From Chiloscyllium plagiosum (taxonomy: Eukaryota), in contig NC_057719.1 of assembly GCF_004010195.1 (NCBI RefSeq), forward strand, positions 76,912,702 through 76,976,701: a stretch of 64,000 nucleotides of DNA. Reading direction: 5' to 3'. The notes under the pieces were generated by a model, which had not been told where the DNA came from, made no database searches, and was given only the letters and a program-made list of their open reading frames with translations. The translations under genes and the position numbers were made by a program. Below, one piece after another: positions 62,172-64,000 of this stretch (positions are counted from its first letter, which is position 1; each line of letters starts with the position of its first letter).

Positions 62172-64000
62172 AACCTTGTATGTCTCACTCTGTGTCTAAG
62201 CACCCTATGATCTGAATGTCTTTGTTTGCTATGATCTGCCTGTACTGCTCGCAAAGCAAAGCTTTTCACTGTGCTTAGGTACTTGTGACTATAATAAAAC
62301 AAAGTGTGAGGTTATGCACATGAGTAGGATGAATAGAGGTGTAGACTATTTTCTAAACTGGGGAAAGTTTTGGAAATCTGAATCACAGTTACTTCGCAGT
62401 CATAGTCCAGGACACACTTACATTTAACATGCAGGTTCAGTTAGCAGTTAGGAAGGCAAATGCAATGATTGTGTTCATTTTGAGAGTGCTAGAATACAAG
62501 AGCAGGGATGTAGTGCTGTAAAAGGCTCTGGGCAGACTCCATTTGGAGTATTGTGAGCAGTTTTGGGGGGGGGGTGCGGATCACATTGAAACTCTCAGGA
62601 TACTGAGAGACTTGGATCATGTGGACACAGTGAAGATGTATTCCCTAGTAGGAGAGACTAGGACCCAAGGGCAAAGTCTCAGAGTGAGATTTTAGAATTG
62701 AGATGAGAAGGAATTTATTCAGCAATGGGATGGTTAATCTGTGCAACCTGTTGCCACAGAGGCTGTGGAGACCAAATTACTGAGTATATTTCAGACAGAG
62801 AATAGGTTCTTGATTATTAAGGGGATCGAAAGTTATGTGGAGAAGGCGGGAAAATGGAGTTGAGATACATGTCAGCAATAATTAAATGGTAGAGAGACTT
62901 GATGGGCAAAATGGTCTAATTCTGCTTCAATATCTTATTGGGTTATAGTCGAACAGGTTTATTTAAAACCGCAAGCATTCGGAGCCCCGCTCTTTCCTCC
63001 GGTAGCTAGTCTCTTACAATTGGACTCTTACCGGTGTCATGTGATTTTTGACTTTGTCCATCCCAGTCCAACTGTTACACCTCCACATCATGACCAATAT
63101 CTTATAATCATAGTCAGACTGTATAATGTTATGATCACCCTCTGGTATAGGTGGGATTGGAACCTTTACCTTTACTACCACTGTGTCATAAGACCTTCCT
63201 ATTCTCTCTTGTAATCTTAAGAGTTTTGATTTTCAAATTCATATTTTTGTTAATTGGTGTATGAAAGTCTATGGGCTAACATGGCTGCATCTGAATCTGT
63301 TTTGCACTGTAATCAACTAACGCCTAATCAGGATCTGTATAAAATAAAGTTTCTTTTTAGAGGTTTCTCACTGCATGCCAATATATTCTGACCATACACT
63401 AGCACACCTTCTCTACTGACTTTTCATACTGATCTTACTGACTGACTGCATTCAGAGCTGTTCCACAGTGTAAAAATGTGACTGCAAAGAAGGTGTTTAT
63501 CCATATTCATTTATATAATGTTTCTGTGCTTAGTGCGACAATCGATGTAAAAAAAAACCTGCTTCAACACAGTAAGCATAGTGTAAATGATGTGGGTGAG
63601 ATCTCAAAGGGTCAATTCTGTTTACATTTCATTTACTTTTAGAACTGAAGATGTGACTTAGAATTCTGAATGTTATCAAATTGGTGGGTGTGGGGTGAGG
63701 TAGCCAATACTGAGGAGAATTGCAAGATTGTATTATGGAACTTGCAGAATGGATATATAATTGGCAAATTAATTTCACCATTGACAAATATGAAAATTTT
63801 GGTGAGAGGCGAATGCAAAAGGGATCTCCGATTATTAAGTGTAACTCATTAAAGGTAGCACCATAGATTGATTGAGGCCAATTTTTTAAGCAAAGAAGGC
63901 AAGCACATTCATTTATTTATTTTTAGAATTGAAAAGTTGACAAGTTATACAAGATCTGTATTTGTTCTTGCTTAGAGCACAAATTCAATATAGAATACAG

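Larger units (their letters stand above)
61680..62945 (+). mobile_element. CR1 3' portion containing a nested insert (~61840-62300)
   Basis: YVNDLDKG.EGIIAKFADKTKLGG before the insert, KCEVMH after it, and 3'UTR at ~62860-62940. Confidence 0.85.
61483..63016 (+). repeat. Direct repeat of ~100-120 bp, copies offset by 1400 bp (61483-~61600 and 62883-~63016)
   Basis: taaatggtagagagacttgatggg...ttattgggttatagtcgaac...aaaac.gcaagc.ttcgga occurs in both. Confidence 0.85.

Overview
Repeat-rich vertebrate genomic DNA, most likely from a cartilaginous fish (inferred from HE1-type V-SINEs, HER1/CR1 LINEs and Deu-domain SINEs). Two host genes lie head-to-head, with start codons about 32.3 kb apart. 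One is the first coding exon of a mixed-lineage kinase, most likely MAP3K9/MLK1 (minus strand, 4610-4912). The other is the first coding exon of pecanex PCNX1 (plus strand, 37211-37363). Each has a GC/CpG-rich promoter region. The rest is intron or intergenic DNA filled with nested retroelements: a young CR1 with an uninterrupted 944-aa ORF2 and a partial SGNH-esterase ORF1, many older CR1/L2 fragments, a decayed single-ORF (Zenon-like) LINE, tRNA-derived SINEs, a Tx1/L1 3' end, a solo LTR, MITEs and many Penelope-like fragments. The most notable unexplained structures are: (i) several sequence-distinct minimal hammerhead ribozyme motifs on small inserts, often TSD-bounded, with a near-canonical one at 62093-62132 in sense orientation in PCNX1 intron 1; (ii) a LINE whose 5' end is a tRNA-like A/B-box head shared, together with its 3' tail, by ~350-bp SINEs in the same window; (iii) a foldback in PCNX1 intron 1 with a 25-nt micro-inversion in one arm; (iv) template-switch scars in young CR1 insertions; (v) a probable intron splitting the MLK SH3 domain. 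All family assignments come from recognising motifs by eye, not from database searches, and boundaries of old repeats are approximate.
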